A stretch of 62,967 nucleotides of DNA, filler included, from Basidiobolus meristosporus CBS 931.73 (taxonomy: Eukaryota > Fungi > Basidiobolomycota), in NCBI GenBank assembly GCA_002104905.1. It is 5 parts of 5 records of this genome, joined end to end, with 100 filler letters (N's around TTAATTAATTAA, not from the genome) between each part and the next. Parts side by side here need not be neighbours in the genome. Positions count along the whole stretch, not along the records: positions 1 to 16,809 come from MCFE01001110.1; 4 more parts are not named here. One strand, 5' to 3'. The translations under genes and the position numbers were made by a program. Below are positions 1-13,660 of the stretch, piece after piece (position 1 is the stretch's first letter; each line of letters begins with the position of its first letter). Under the pieces are notes generated by a model. The model did no database searches. It saw nothing but the letters and a program-made list of their open reading frames with translations, and was not told the origin of the DNA.

Positions 1-123
1 TTCACCAATAACCACATAAGCTATTTGCTCTCCCCATCACCTCCAGTATCTCCAAAGCCCTAACAAGGATAGCCTTGAAGCGGATTTGGCTCAAGATTTC
101 TACTGTTACAGTCACATCAGTAC

Positions 124-790
124 TGTTGTAAGAGTCTTGGAGATGTTGGAAGTGATTGGGAGTACAAGTAGATTATGTGGCACTCACTTAATGATTTATT
201 CAATGTGAAAGTAGTATTTATACTTTTACATGGTACTGGCAAAGCAAACAAGGAAATTGGTCAGTATTCTCTAAGATTTGTAGGTAATGATCCAAGTGAC
301 TAAGTTAGGTGAATATTTAGGTGGAATTACAAATTTTTACAACACTCCCACTCAGCTAAATGTTCATACTGACTAGTCCTAATTTTGACCCAAGATAATC
401 AAACTTGTCTCTAGCTAAAGGTTTGGTAAATATGTCTGCAATCATTTCATTTGTAGGATAGTAAACTAAGCTTACTAAGTTATTCTCTATAGCTTCACGT
501 ATGAAATGATGTCTAATATCTATGTGCTTGGTTCTAGCATGAAAAGTTGGATTTCTACTTAATTGTATACATCCTTGATTATCTTGAAATAAAGTAATAG
601 GCATTTTTTGACATAGGCCTAAATCTGTAAAAAGTCTTCTTAACCACATTGCTTCTTTTGTAGCTTCACAGGCTGCCATATACTCTGCCTCTGTGGTGGA
701 AAGTGCTACGGTTGGTTGCTTTCTTGAATTCCATGAAATTGCTCCTTTACAGTAAAGAAAGGTGTATCCTGTGGTGGATCTTCTGTCTTA
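124..790 (-). mobile_element. Ty1/Copia family A 3' fragment: RNase H remnant, PPT and internally deleted 3' LTR (124-344)
   Basis: ORF 356-679 has the Copia RNase H motifs ([40 protein letters not shown]). Purine tract AGCTGAGTGGGAG abuts TGTTGT on the minus strand. Confidence 0.9.
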
Positions 791-2463
791 GGTAATGGTC
801 AAAGTGACAAAGTTAGGTGACTATTTAGGTGTAATTATGAAATTTACAGCAAGAGAACCCAATTCCAGCTTATACCAAAACTGAATGAGTCATTTTTTTG
901 TGGCCTTTCTGCTATAATGTATATTACCTAAGCTACAACTGCTGGAACAGGAGAATGTCATAGATGGCTATAGCAGTTTGTTTTTGGAGAATACCACATT
1001 TGAGCTCTCTGCGGACTGTCACTCATAGAGTATACATTAATGACTGCTTCAACAAGCCCCACCTAATGAATATTCTAGTGAATATAGTTGAGTTTACAAT
1101 AAATTTCTCTTGATCAGCAGATTGGCCTCAAAGAGTTAAAGAAAAGCTATGTTGTATATACTTCTTGTTAACCATCATACCTGATGCCTGTATTAGGCTA
1201 ACATCTTACTAGTGGCTACATTATATTTTAAGGTAAACTTCTTCTAATTCATTAATTATTAATAATTACTAAACCACCTTCTAGTCACAATTATGCTTCT
1301 GGTATTACCAACATGTTAGAATACATAGCTATCTATTTGTGTTTGGGAAACTTCATGTACAACGATAGGCAATCAACATGAGTTACAATAATTACAAGCT
1401 ACCTATCTCGCAAATGTACTTGGCATTGTTATCCCCAACAACAGCGAAATTTGAGAGTTGTACCTTCAACAGTACAACTATGATTTTACACAAAGTACGA
1501 ATAACGATTGCATTCAATATACATGCCCCACTTATACAACCTACTGATTGCATTCGACATAAAAGGCATAGTTCACTGTACTTGACCATTTGACACGTCC
1601 ACAACACCATCAACCATCCCCAAGATCGCGTTACACAAACAGGATACTATATTAGTTAGGTCTCTGATGTAAACAAAATCCAATGCGTGGGATTACTATC
1701 CCAATCTCCTAGTTTGGAACTGAAATAATTTGGTCACTAGAACTGTACACTAATCTAGAAGCTCCAAGACCGTAATGAAATGTTCTGCAACCCATTATCG
1801 TAAGCATCTATCTCGATTCCAACTTCGTGATAATCAAGAGATAAGGTTAGAGCAGAGTGGTACTGGTTTATGGAACATTGAGGTAAGCGATCATAGTGCA
1901 ATTTGATAGTGCTACGCTATTGAACCACCCATTGTGAACCCACGAAGGATAGATATGAATGGCCTGTAGTCGCACGACATAGCAATCGGCCATTGTTTCC
2001 CATTTTACGCCAGATGCCACCCCAACCACGCCTTGGCCAAATCTTGTATCTTTCAAGATGGTCATTGATGGCTTGTCGGATTTACGCCAAACCAATGTTC
2101 CATAGGAATTGGCCGAATTGTACGTTGAGCTAGAACGGTGTGACGTTTCACTTGTTCCCAAGCCCATAGACAGACAATTATCGCCAAGTTACACGAATGA
2201 TCACAATCCACCCATTCCCGCAAACACGCTAACCCAATCCTTCATGATTAAGAAGCTATGAATCAAAGGATATAATATAACATAAGAAGCTAAGAATCAA
2301 AGGATACGAAAGCAAGAAGCTAAGAGCACTATTGAGATAGGAAATTTATTGGCTTGGTGCAAATGAACAGATTAATGGCTATGGATACATGTAATGAATG
2401 TTAGTATGGATACATATTCGATGGTGGTCGTGTGGTATAACGGACAACGGTCGAGCGGGGGAA

Positions 2464-3951
2464 TTAGTGGGCATAGTTCGCTACGTCCTCCATGGTTTGG
2501 AAGATGGCTGGTGCGGTGATGGTCTTTCCCTGGAACATCTCCAACCCCTCTCCACTGTAGGACAACAATGGTGAGATCTCGAACATGACAGTTTCAGGGG
2601 ATTCCCCGCAAAGATCGACCTTGCCACCAGCATTTTCGACGAATCGAATTTGCTGGGCGATGATATCACGGCGACTGGTCTCGGGGCAATCCACTCCGGT
2701 CCCAGGGGCGTTCTTGAGGGGAGAGAACTCCTCCTTGCGGTCAACCTCGAACACGGCCATGCGTTTGGTGAAGGGGAACACATCGAAGACAAACAACTCC
2801 AACTTGAGGCCATTGGGCTTGGTAGGAGCCACGGTTTCCCCAAGGGTGAGGTCGACGTGCTTGATCTTCTTTCTGGCGATGTGGTACTCGAGGTTCTGTT
2901 CGAAGCTCTCGACACTGTTTAGGAAGTCGCGGGTGTAGAAGTGGTTGGCGATGTTGGCGGCTCCGAAAGCAAGCTTGCCATTGGGACCGGTGCGGTGGGC
3001 AATCTCGTCATTGATTTCGCTGTATTCGACCACTCCAAACTTCTTGTTGCGGAGGCACACAACCCCTACGGGCTCTTCGGGTGCACTCTTGGGGACGGTC
3101 TTGACGCCGCAGTCAGCGTTCTTGGAGATGCAGTATCCGATGAACACTGGGTCAGCAACATGCACCAAACAGTTGTCAACACAGTAAGAGTGAATGTACT
3201 CGACACCACGTGCTGCCAGGTCGTCCAGAACACCCTCGTTACGGAGGGCAGCATAAATTCCACCGTTACCATCAGGGGCAACTGCGACTTGTCCCTTCTT
3301 CTCGAGCATAATCTTTCCGTCCATAGTCATGCATGGGAGAGTGCCTTGATTGAAGAAGAAAATGTTGTTCTCTTCCAAACCGAAGTAGTTGTGAGATTTG
3401 AAGTGCTCCACGGTGGCCTGTCTGGTTGGGCCGGAGGTCATCACGTACCAGGGAATGACAACCTTCTTGTTATTGTCGTAGCAGCGCTCTTGGGCGAGCT
3501 GCTGTAGGCGAGTGAGACGTTCAGCCTGAAGCTGGAACAAACTCTTCTTAGAGGGAAGGCCGATATCGTAGCAGCCCTTGGGGAGGGCGGAGCCGAGGCG
3601 GGATCCCTGACCACCGGCCATGAGAATCACCGCCACTTTTCCTTCGGCAATCATCTTCAAACCCAAATCCTCCCAATCCTGGATCTTTGATGGGCTGCAG
3701 TTCAATGCAGACTCAAAGCAGTCTTCGGGTAGGGGCTCGATAGATGCGGTATCCTGGTTAGTGGCAGCCGAACCGCTGGTGGCTTTTTTGAAAATCCGAT
3801 TGACTCGGTTGACATCGAGAGCATTAAGTTGGGCAATCAAGCCGCTTTGTTCTAATGGGGAGAGTTCGTCGAAGAAGGCAAGAACTTGCTCTTGCCCAGC
3901 TGCGACGAAGCGCTGACGGAGAACCTCAATATCGGGAGTGGGGATAGGCAT
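2464..3951 (-). CDS. UAP1: UDP-N-acetylglucosamine pyrophosphorylase, 495 aa, single exon
   Basis: Motifs LMAGGQGSRLGSALPKG, APDGNGG, YCVDN, KLELFVFDVF and EFSPLKN. Confidence 0.96.
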   Translation of the reverse strand: MPIPTPDIEVLRQRFVAAGQEQVLAFFDELSPLEQSGLIAQLNALDVNRVNRIFKKATSGSAATNQDTASIEPLPEDCFESALNCSPSKIQDWEDLGLKMIAEGKVAVILMAGGQGSRLGSALPKGCYDIGLPSKKSLFQLQAERLTRLQQLAQERCYDNNKKVVIPWYVMTSGPTRQATVEHFKSHNYFGLEENNIFFFNQGTLPCMTMDGKIMLEKKGQVAVAPDGNGGIYAALRNEGVLDDLAARGVEYIHSYCVDNCLVHVADPVFIGYCISKNADCGVKTVPKSAPEEPVGVVCLRNKKFGVVEYSEINDEIAHRTGPNGKLAFGAANIANHFYTRDFLNSVESFEQNLEYHIARKKIKHVDLTLGETVAPTKPNGLKLELFVFDVFPFTKRMAVFEVDRKEEFSPLKNAPGTGVDCPETSRRDIIAQQIRFVENAGGKVDLCGESPETVMFEISPLLSYSGEGLEMFQGKTITAPAIFQTMEDVANYAH

Positions 3952-5989
3952 GGTGTGATGATGTCAGATGAAAACCGTTGGAATGGCGATGAGAAATTGG
4001 ATGGGAGGATGGGCCCTATATATACTCGGATGCTGCCTCGGATAATTGGGATCCATTTGGTTCAACGCTTGGGGCCTGTTGCAGAATACAATATTCCAAG
4101 CATGAAACAATGTAGGAAATAATTATTTCCAATCAATTTGAATAAATTGCCCTCCCTAATTCGGCCGACGCTAACATTTCTAGCCATTCTAGGCTCCATA
4201 CTATTCATGGTGAATGTTCGGATGATGTACGCCAGACTTCGCGTCCCCTTCGCGTCGTCAGAATGGCGCACTGAAGCTATTGACCAAGTTGGGAGTGGCG
4301 ATGGATAGTAAAACACATGTCGCGAACCTTTTGGACAAACCGATGGCGATTATCACATGTGCGTAGAGATTGCCCTATTCAGGGGCACGTGCCTCGGAGA
4401 AGAGGGATTTTGTCTGCCAGGCTTTGATCCAACAGGGCTGAGTTGGTATTCAACAAACGCAATTATCCTTGTGATTGTCTGACATTAAGATATGCTTGGA
4501 ACCCAACAATGTGCTATACTACCAATTTCCCTTCATTTCCACTAGCCCCGTTGATTGGCCGACCCAGGAATCTCTTTATCGATGCGGCCTGAAAACACCG
4601 ATCGGGGTTCCACCAATCATGCGCCTACCTCGCACACAAACCATCGAATAGAATAGCCCACCAGTGCGTCGCCGCCCAATAAGCGATGGTTCTAAGATAA
4701 GCTTAATGACTCATCGAATCAGAGGGGCTATAATAATAACAAAGCTATTAATACCGTGATGCGGTGGAATTCGATGGGAGTAACGGGCTTCTAGCACACG
4801 CCCTGATGCATGATCCAGCAAGATCATTCACAAATGCAACGCTGTAGATCAGGGGCATATGGTTGGAACTATTACGGTTTACACTGTGCGGATTTTCTGC
4901 TCTCGAGCTGTGGGACTGGGTTTCTTAAAGTCTAATGGGGCGTGAAAGTATGACACGACATCCAGCATCCCATTTAACTAACTTGGCAACGAGCCAAAGT
5001 AGCTAGGCGCCACTCCAAAATAGAAATCGCACCCATCTTCGGAGGTTAAATAACCCACCCGACATCATGACATCATGAGGAATCGTTCCAAAGCTTAATC
5101 TAATCACCACCGTGTCGCTTACGGCATTCACTTACGACTTCTCCTATTAATACCTCATCTCCCTGCACACGGGTGCGTATTTAGTTAATCTAGATTCGAA
5201 AAAGACAAACTGCGCTATTTTTATTAACTTACGCTATCCCAAGTTGGCCATTCCTTTATATATTCCTTGGTTTCAGATGCCTGAAAGGTGTCATTGATTT
5301 TCCACCGGCGCCAATAAGAGAAATGGTAGATACGCGCAGGCAAGTGTTTGTCGGAGTGTGCTAGATTACAATGAGGTGGATGTCCGAGCATGTTATATCA
5401 TGGCGAAGATTATGCAGTTTTACAGTTTTGTGGGTGTCGATTGGTCGGAGGTTTATTTGTTTTTGTACGTCTTAGGAGTTTGGTATGGGACACGTTGTCC
5501 TGGATATATAGCAAAATTGATGTAAATAATTAGTTTGACTGGATTATTCAACCTGTTTCATAGCTAAGAAGTTGGGTATTCGCGCAGGTTTGCATCAATC
5601 TTCTGAACTACCAAAGGTTCCCGATAATTCCGGAACCATCAATAATCCCTGAGTTTTTGCTGGAGGATTGCCATCAAGGCTAATCGAAAACCAGTGGATT
5701 TAATATATTCCAAAAATAATCAGCAGAAGTGACTTTTGTGTTTGAAAATTTGGCATTGGGTCAGCTAAGCAGTAAAATGTCCCCTTCATTTGAATGATAT
5801 TGCTGTCAGGTAAAGCATTCATATTTACCAATTTCAAGTGCAAGATGCTATCAATTCAGTTGGATGCCAAATATGTGCAATATGTTCATATGTTTGTGGA
5901 TACTGAAACCAGTATTGTATATTTTGTATTTACACCTAAATACTTTCATGAACTTGGTTGCTTGGATCCAAGTGTACGAGCTTTTACTT

Positions 5990-6255
5990 CCTAACAAAAC
6001 TTCCGGTCAAGATTCATTTTGAATATTTCCACCAAAATGACAGGTACCCTGAATAAGATATTTCTCACTTTGCCCAAAAGACCTCAGACTTTGTGCACAT
6101 GCCCTTGGGACCTTGAATACATTTTATGCTTTTTCTGCCTTCACCTCGTCAAAGTATGAACACCACTTTTGAACGTGATAGGTCATTAAGTGAAAACCAC
6201 ACAATCTACTTGTTCTCCCGATCACTTCTAATACCTCAAAAACCCTCAGTAACCT
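5990..6255 (+). repeat. Degenerate Copia LTR fragment (A/A2-related)
   Basis: Shares blocks caggtaccc, ctttgtgcacat and cattaagtgaaaaccacacaatctacttgttctcc with LTR A. Confidence 0.6.
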
Positions 6256-6534
6256 ATAGGAGTGGGAATCTACGATTTGCAGTGTATTTTTACTGGGGTG
6301 CTTATGGAGTAAGAGTAGAGTATCCCAGCTACTGATGGACTCGATTCTGGCATACACTCTATTGTTTAGTAATCTCAATCACACACAGTAAATTCTCAAT
6401 AAGTTGAAAATGCAAAGTTACCATGTATGAGAAGCAAAAGACCTTCAATAAGGGAGCCGTATTTTGCGTATAAGATGTTTTTGCCATTATGAAGGGCCAT
6501 CCACTGGATATCATCTGGTTCATCTCCAATAATT

Positions 6535-6866
6535 TGTTGTAAAAATTCGGAATTCCACCTAAATATTCACCTAACTTAGTCACTTAGATCATTACCTTCA
6601 TATCCTAGAGAATACTGACCAAATTCCTTGTCGGGATTTACTTGGAATATTTACCCAGAACATGAAAATTAGATAAGTTGTCCAAACAGCCCCAAACTTT
6701 GCACACATGTTCTTGGGACCTTCCTTAACCTATTCTACGTGTTTGTTATGCCAAGACCATGTAAAAGTATAAATACTACTTTTACATTCAATAAATCATT
6801 AAGTGAAAACCACATAATCTACTCGTTCTCCAAATCACTTCCAATATCTCCAAGACTCTTACAACA
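6535..6866 (+). mobile_element. Solo LTR of Copia family A, 332 bp, with 5-bp TSD TAATT
   Basis: TGTTGT...ACAACA termini, TAATT on both flanks, internal TATAAATA and AATAAA. About 16 bp shorter than the 346-350 bp copies elsewhere. Confidence 0.93.
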
Positions 6867-7977
6867 TAATTCAGCCAGAAATGTTTAGATCAGAAATCAA
6901 CATTTGACATGAAAGATCACCCAGTGGAGATGTCAAGATACCAGTAGAGGCCTCAGGATCTGCACAAGACACATATACCTCACAGCTTTTGATGCGGTTC
7001 TAAGCATCCCTACTTCATGCATGTTGAGCAATAGCGCCTTCCTCCAAAATACCAAACTATCATCATATTTGCTAGGAACCCCTCTCCCCCAGCCACTGAC
7101 ATGCGAGTGCTCGAGTATGCTGGAGATGATCTAAAGGAACGGAAGTGAATGGGGTGTAATGGGAAGGAGGGGTAAAGTTTCTCAGTCCTGGACCTCCCCT
7201 CCCCCTCAGCAGTTAAAATCATCAGTGTATCACACCTTTCTTGTATAGAAGTGAGCCAAATATTTGTGAAGTGGGACCCATTAACTCCGGGATGTTCCGG
7301 AATACACCTCATGCAGGAAACGCACTGACCCGGGCAAAATTACCGACCGGGGACTCTACCCACGGTAACATATCGGAAACGTCATCACCGAACCACACGG
7401 TAACATGGTAAACTCGGTGGCGTCCTGGGTGGATGGGGTCTGGGTATGTACCGAGCGGGTGTTCTTCAAATCCAAGTGATATGTTGGTTGCAAGGGGAAA
7501 AAGTCCCACGCTTGATGGCTTGATTCAATCAAGTCCGAAAGCCGGACTCATGTCTTAGGTAATAAATGCTGCTTCTTCTTATGAACCTGTGGTCTCGGAT
7601 GGATGCTGGTTGGTTTAGGGGCATCTGTAGGGTGATTGGCTATCCTTGATGGCTGTGCTACTATTATTGCACAGATACTGGGTTAGGGTTGCGGAGAGCG
7701 CAAGTATGGGTTATTGGTGGTTACCATGACTGCTTCTTCAATCCGAGCGCTGAGTGGTGGGGTCTCACATGTGAGGTTACTTTGTGCGCAGTGTTGTGAC
7801 ATGATATACGTATTCGAAAGTAAACATACAGATGCATCATGGTGCGTTGTTGTGCGTGGATGCGTGTAGTAAAGCTGAGGTTGCTTGGGCTGGAATTACT
7901 GTGGAAAGATGCTTTTATTGTGCGCACATAAATGCTTTATACAGTTGTCATGAGTCAAGTTGCAATAAAGAAGGAAG

Positions 7978-9476
<1,499 letters not shown>

Positions 9477-9504
9477 CTATTGGGCATGAAGGGGTATTTA
9501 AAGC

Positions 9505-9512
9505 TGAGTCAT
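9505..9512 (-). promoter_or_regulatory. Gcn4/CpcA (AP-1) type site ATGACTCA followed by TATA-like TTTAAATA, ~50 bp upstream of the AAT start
   Basis: Exact TGA(C/G)TCA match upstream of an amino-acid metabolism gene. Function is inferred. Confidence 0.4.
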
Positions 9513-10771
9513 CGGCGTGATCACCTGGGTTGGTCTGGGGCAATCCTTGAGGTTCTTGATTCTTGGATAACGTATAGATTATTTGAAGTGAGGATGGATT
9601 GACTTTCAGAACCACGATTTCTGAATGTAAAACAGTTACACATGACTTGAGCGGTTGTGAAAATGGGGCGGACAACAGACACCAAGTGAGGTAGTTCTCA
9701 CCTAACTTGTGGGTGATTTTCAATTCGAAGGTGCAAGCTTCGGTCAATCGGTTTTACTGGTCACCATAATTGGAAGAATCCCGGTGCATATCATTGCTGT
9801 CAAATCAGCCTCAATGACGCAAGCCGCTCCGTTGGGTTAGTAAGAGTAACTGCACTCCATGGATTTTGCCTTCGGTTTGTCCAGAGATAACGCTCATCAG
9901 CCTCATCTCATCTCTACATAAGCCACAACGATGGGGTTGTCGAGGTGCAATCAAAATGTATTCTGTATTTCCTCTTAGTTGCCACTGGATAAAATGCGTG
10001 GGTGTGAATTCAAACCGGGGGACACAACAATTGTGTCGGATCTCCGAAACACGGTTAAACTTGGGGTGGGTCAACCTCGGGTAAATCACTCAGGAGCTTA
10101 CCTCCCGATTTTTACCATCCGAGAAGTTACCGGTTTATGATGGTGTTTAATTTCCCAAGATTAAGCAAGATTTCGATCGCGATGAGCGGTAGGGTTGGGG
10201 TTAGGCCTTGGCGCACTCATGCCAGTTCACTTTCACATGTAAAGGTTAACTTATCCTTGGATTGCCAGCGTTGCTATTGTCATTGGTAGCCTATTATCGA
10301 TATTCTCTCTCTTATAGGCCGATAGTTGGAATTACTTAATTCTCTTGATTGGTACTCCAAAGATTTGACATTTTTATCGAAATCCCAGTCGTTTGCATGC
10401 CAGGAAGATTCTATAAGGCATCCTAGCATGTGAAAACGAAGGCTTGGTGAACAGGTTGTATTACCCAACATGCAAGTGATTTGGACTGCCTTTAGTGTTT
10501 AATCCCAAAATCTTCATTGTACCTGATTCGAGTGATATTGATGATGATATCGATGCGCTGAGGATTATATTTAGTATGTTATTCTCGTGCTTACAGTTTA
10601 GCCACGAGACGTTAAGCTCTACCAATAGTGTGGTATTGATCTACTTACGAGGCATCGCATAAAAAGTCGATCATCAAGGCTCGAGACGAAAACTTCTCAC
10701 AAACAGCCTTAACCCTAACCCCTCTAACATTACCAACAATTAACTGCCGACTATCGTAAAGAATATCCGCC

Positions 10772-13244
10772 ATGTTCGAGTTTTCTGTCTATAATACAGC
10801 TCTGAACTTCTTCTGGCTTGTTGTGAAAATCTTCTTCAGAGATATTAGCCAGAGAGGTGCGCATAAAATCCCAAAAGAAGGCCCCATCTTCTTTGTAGCC
10901 GCTCCTCACGCTAACCAGGTATTTTGGGTGGTAAACCGATCAAGCACACAGCCTTTGCTAATTCTCGGTAGTTCATGGATCCCCTTTTGTTGCTATTTCA
11001 CAGTTCGCGTCCTATCAGCTTCTTGATGGCTGCTTCCTCAATGAAGCGCAAATACGTCGGAGCATTCGGGCGTTCCATCAATTCAAGTATGTGACAGGAA
11101 AGCATAATCGCGCCTCCCCGCATTGTTACACTTGCAGCAGAAAACGTGCTAACTGTTTGCGCTTTAATACTTTAGTTCCTGTGGAAAGAGCTATGGATCA
11201 CGCTAAAAAGGGTTCCGGTACTATCCAATTAGTAGATCGCTACGCGGACCCGACTCGCATCACCGGAGTGGGAACCCACTTTAAATCCGAAATTGATAGT
11301 GGTGCCAGTATTGCTCTGCCCAACAATATCGGTGTCTCCGTTGTCCAGGAGGTCGTGTCGGACACCGAGCTTATTATCAAGAAAGAATTCAAGGAGCTTG
11401 AGGCACTCGAGCTACTCACCGCCACTGAAGGGACTCCATACAAGATTGTACCCCATCTAGATCAGTCCAATGTGTATTCTGCTGTACACGAGCGCTTGAA
11501 CAACAACGGATGCGTCGGCATCTTCCCTGAAGGAGGCTCCCACGATCGTACCGAGATGCTTCCATTGAAAGGTATTTACCTCATAAACCACACGATTTCA
11601 TTGGTGTGTCGGTTACGAATAGTAGAAATTTAGTGGGGATTGCCATCATGTCCCTTGGCGCCATGGTTGAAAACACCGATTTGGATGTCAAAATTGTCCC
11701 ATGCGGTATGTACCCTTCTTCAAACAGCCAGCAGAAAGGACCCCTAAACAAGATGATGTTACGCAGGCTTGAACTACTTCCACCCCCATCGCTTCCGCTC
11801 CAGAGCAGTGGTGGAGTTCGGGGATCCCATTACTATTCCCCGCAATTTGGTCGAGAAATACAAAGAAGGTGGCACAAGCAAAAGAGAGGCCATTGGTGAG
11901 CTCATGAAGAGCGTATCGGATGGGCTAAGAAGCGTCACGATCAACACGCCGGATTATGAAACTTTAATGGTAGGCGTATGTGCAGCCACGCCTGTGTGTA
12001 TGGTGATTTACGCTTTGTCTCCAGGTAATCCAAGCCGGCCGCCGCCTGTACAAGCCAGCCAACCAAAAGCTTCGCACCACCAAAGTGGTCGATCTTACTC
12101 GCAGATTTATCGCTGGCTACCTGCATTTCCAGGACGAGCCCGCAGTGAAAGATATCCATGACCGTGTGCTTGCTTACAACAGACTTCTCAAGAGTTTTGG
12201 CATACGTGATCACCAGGTCAAGCGAATGGAGATGAGCTTCAGCCATGCTTTGGTGCTATTCATATGGAGGCTTATCAGCTTCATGTTCATGGCGTTGTTT
12301 GCTCTTCCCGGGTACGTGGTTCGTTTTCTGCTCAGGCAGCCAGCGATCTAACCTTTCTCGAACTCCAGCGCTGTCTTGATCGCTCCGGTTATGTTCATTG
12401 CCAGATACATCAGTAAGAAAAAGGCTGCAGGTTAGTGGTGTAGCGGGAGTGATATGGGCGGGTTATTTACCTTGTTTCAAATACAGAGGCGCTCAAGAAC
12501 TCCACAGTCAAGATCGCCGGCCGAGATGTGTTGGCAACTTGGAAAGTTTTGGTCGCTCTGGTGTTGCTCCCCACCTTCTATTGGATCTACGCTTTCATAG
12601 TGTTCTATATCGGGATCCGCAACAGCTGGTCTCTGGGCTGGAAGATCTTTGGACCCATCCTTACGTTCGTTTCCCTTCCTTTCATTAGCTACGCTAGTGT
12701 TCGCTTTGGCGAGACTGGCCTGGAGATTTTGAGGTATGTTTTCAGCCAACTGCCTGTATCGAGATCGAGATTGGTTTGCTAAGATCCATTCCTTTGCAGA
12801 TCCATGCGCCCCTTGTTTTTGGCTTTGTTCCCTAGCGGAAGCCATGCCAAAACGCTTCCCATCATACGCGAGGAGTTGTCGAATGATATCACTGCTTTAA
12901 TCAACGAATTTGGCCCCGAGGTGTTTCCCGATTTCGACCCTAGCAAGATTCAGTCTAGTGCTTCTGGAACCCCATCGGCCCCTGGTACTCCTCGCGGACT
13001 CCGTGGCTGGATCATGTCTCCCATTGAGTATCTTAACGACAGTATCTTTAGCTGGGAAAACGCCGATGAAGAGGGTTTCTTCAAGGGACGCTCCGGCAAA
13101 TCCAGTGCTTCCAACAGCCATATCGATCTCCCTAGCCTTAACACCACTTCGGCCACTAAGCGCTTCGGCAATACTCTGGATGTTCATAGCAGCCAGCAAA
13201 AGGCTCCGGAATCTTCTGTTCCAGAAGACAAGAAGGATATCTAG
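10772..13244 (+). CDS. GPT2: Glycerol-3-phosphate/DHAP O-acyltransferase (Gpt2/Sct1 family), 9 exons
   Basis: Motifs AAPHANQF.DP, GIFPEGGSHDR, CGLNYFHPHRFRSR and GRDVLATWK. Eight GT-AG introns restore one frame ending in TAG at 13244. Confidence 0.93.
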
Positions 13245-13660
13245 ATCAGTCCCTCCCCCAATCCAAAGCATCGTCCATCCTCTTTTGAGCCCATCTTTAG
13301 ATAGCAGTGTCTCTACCCATGTATCTGCATTCATTTGTTTTAATACCATTAAACTGTTCTTCTCATGAGCTTGTTGTTCCTGACTTGCCCACGTGATTGC
13401 CCAATCCAATCGTGAATTCCGACGATTTAGGGTTTTGTCGGGTAGAATGCCAATGGAAGAATGTTGATCGTTCCTTAGTTGATAAGAATCCGATAAATAA
13501 CTGTTAAATGGTTGATTATTATTGATTCAATTCATCCCCAAAGAAGACGGGTTTTCACCTTGCATTTAGGAAACTGGTGTGATAAGTTACCAGTGGTTTC
13601 GCTTCTTGTTTCCCTTTCTCCATTGCTTATGTCACAAGAGTTCTGGCGAACAACCGAATA

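Noticed and set aside
2481-3916. Many overlapping or antisense ORFs over UAP1, AAT, GPT2 and MRPL16
   Set aside because: Shadow frames expected from GC-rich codon usage.
2464-3951. Intronless UAP1 and MRPL16 as retrogenes
   Set aside because: No poly(A) remnant or TSD, and no paralog is available in the window for comparison.
7517-7550. Two adjacent small hairpins (CTTGATT-C-AATCAAG and AGTCCG-AAAGC-CGGACT) in a 6870-7700 segment with short ORFs
   Set aside because: Short stems, no recognisable RNA family and no coherent gene model.
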